Program-made: the position numbers and the translations under genes | The notes under the pieces: generated by a model | What the model saw: only the letters and a program-made list of their open reading frames with translations | The model's database searches: none | Told to the model about the DNA's origin: nothing | NCBI RefSeq assembly: GCF_009914755.1 | Contig: NC_060931.1 | Reading direction: 5' to 3' (one strand) | DNA: 64,000 bases | From: the human T2T-CHM13v2.0 reference genome, Homo sapiens | Shown here: positions 61,621-64,000 of the stretch, in pieces | Layout of the letters: each line of letters opens with the position of its first letter | How positions within the stretch are numbered: position 1 is the first letter of the stretch

Positions 61621-62599
61621 CTTTCCTAAACTGACTGCTTGATATTTGTATGCATTATGTATGAAAATACGTATTACTTCATGTAAAATGAAAGCTGTTT
61701 GATTATGCTAAAGAAAACAATTTTGTACTGTATCTAGAAAAGAAAATGTTTAATTGGTCAGCATTAAAAGAATGAGTAAAATCCCAAATCAAAGTTTAGA
61801 ATATACTAAATGTAATAATTACCTCCTTATATCATTCTCTTGTAATGTCTAGTTCTTCAAAAAGCTTTATAGGAAATGGACGTAGGTACTATTGAGAGTA
61901 GAATTTTAATTTTAACTCAGGGAACTTAAAACTTTTATGTAATGACCTTCACAGTATACATTTTGCAACCTGTTATTTTAGGGCATTATCAATTTCTCAG
62001 ATCAAAGTTTGAATTACAGTTATAATATTCTGTTCACCAACTTCCTTATTTAGGTACAAAAGGTTTAAAAGATCTAAAATATAAATGCATGAAAATTTAG
62101 AAAACTGTTTTTCTCCTCAAGGAAGCACCAAAATGGAAAAAATAATGACACTGGTTACTACTTTCTTCTTTTATATAACTCAGTTGGTTTTAAGTTTCAG
62201 CTTCAATTCCTCAGTTTTGTTCTATTTGGTTTGGGAAAGTGGTACATTATGTATATACAAATTTATGTGTGTTTGCCAATGAGTGTGTGGTCACGTATAT
62301 CTTTGTGATTTATTATAGTATAATTTTACCCAGTTTTTCCAAAGATATATTTAATAGTACTAAATAGAAAATCTATGATATCCATACTTGTTCATATGGG
62401 ATATCTTTTTCCACTTCCTTTAAGCAGGAAGTAATTTCTTAGACTGAAATGAGCTTTAGACCATTCCTATCACCTCAGCATGCAGACAATATTGGTCCCT
62501 CAAGGGAAGATAAGTTGCTGATAAATCTGTAGTATAACATTAGAGAACTCAAGAGCCACAGTATCAGATTGTCCCAACAAAATTTTAGAGCACCTTGTT

Positions 62600-62940
62600 T
62601 ATCATATGCGGAATCTGTGAAAGCTAATCTAAGAGTAGATAGTAGAATAGTGGTTACCAGGAGCTAGAGTAGTTGATCAAATGATATAATATTTTAATTA
62701 AATAGAGATGTTTAAGAGATCTATTATACACCATGGTGACTATAGTTAACAATACATTATTGACAAATGCTGAGAGTGGATGTAAAGTATTGTCAATACA
62801 AAAATAATTATGTCAGGTAATGCATATGTTAAATAGCTGAATTTAGTCATTCAGAATGTTTATATACTTCAAAATATAATGTGGCATATAGTAAATACAT
62901 ACAATTTTATGTCAATTTTAAAAAATAAAAAAATGAAAAA
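62600..62940 (+). mobile_element. L1MA 3' end fragment
   Basis: gtagaatagtggttaccag...gagatctatt...catggtgactatagttaacaat...atacaattttatgtcaatt plus an A-tail. Confidence 0.85.
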
Positions 62941-64000
62941 AGAAAACTATGAACCCTTGAGCACTTTAGAGAGAGTAGAACTTTCCTGTTACATTCATAG
63001 GATAGTATTTAGAGACTGTACTTCGATCAAGTATATGAGCACAGAAGGACCTAGTATTAAGAGCCCCGGAGCAAAATAGTCATCTCACAGAAACTAGATC
63101 AAAGTGTTAAGAATCATTTAAGCAGCTACAAATACTTCCTGAACCATATTTTGCCCACATTACTTGACGGTTATTCTTTATGAATTAATATGGAAACTTA
63201 AATAACCTACTGCACACTCTGTATAACTTATTGTAAAGAAGTAAGCATGTAAAGTCATACGGGCTCAAACTTTCACGTACCTGTGAGATAGTGTTCCACT
63301 TTATCTACCAAAATAATCTTTATTTATGATAATGGTTGATTTCCCTTATCTTTTAGGTCACGATACATGCTTTTGACTAATGTTATCTGCTTCCATACTC
63401 AACATAATTCAGAAATGTTCTTCCTAAAAAATAACATGCTGAATGTCATATGCTCCAAATTGTGTGTAACTTTAAACAAGTTGGCAGAGGGCTGCCTCCT
63501 ACAAGTCTGTCCCCTGGCAGTTACCCCTCTCACTCCTCATCAGCCACACACATAGAATTACATACTATTTAGAAACGGGCTAATGTAGGCATGAGAAATG
63601 TAATGTCTTTGTCATAATATTTGTCACTACTTTTAATAATAACCCTTCTAAAACTTGTGCAGGAAGTTAATACTTTTCTTTAAATAAGGTTTATTAAAAT
63701 CCATTAAAAATGCTATAACTTTATCAAAAATATATCATTTTTTAAAAATGTAGAACAGAGCAGTTGAATAGTTTCTCTAGGTGTCAAATTTCAACAATAT
63801 TTGTTATTGCCACTATATAAAATCTTCTAAATAACAGAATATTTTATACCAAGGAATTATGGCATATGATTTCCTGAAAATGAAATTTTCCTTGATGATT
63901 TAACATTTCCAACAACCCTGATAATCATCATCAAATATATATTTGTTAGGTTATTACTAGTTACTAGAACTATAAACTAGGCCGTATATTTAAAAAACAA

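Overview
AT-rich, CpG-poor primate genomic DNA. AluY and L1PA2-type repeats point to a hominoid, most likely human. It reads as intronic or intergenic: I cannot support any host protein-coding exon, RNA gene or CpG-island promoter. Most ORF-track entries are Alu, L1 or microsatellite read-through, or chance ORFs; the only real protein-like ORF is the C-terminal ~480 aa of LINE-1 ORF2 (37738-39183). The window holds about 17 Alus, several L1 fragments, LTRs (THE1, MER31-like, MLT1-like), DNA transposon fossils (Tigger4/Zombi, MER5A, MER63, MER33-like), MIR/L2 relics and microsatellites. Two structures stand out. (1) A ~3 kb inverted duplication of mostly non-repeat DNA (arms ~19933-20915 and ~21877-22985, spacer ~960 bp). 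An AluS in one arm dates it as old, yet its core is ~97% identical between arms. (2) An AluY-L1PA2 composite bounded by a single target-site duplication (TSD). Repeat subfamily names come from recalled consensus diagnostics, not a database search, and the boundaries of old repeats are approximate.
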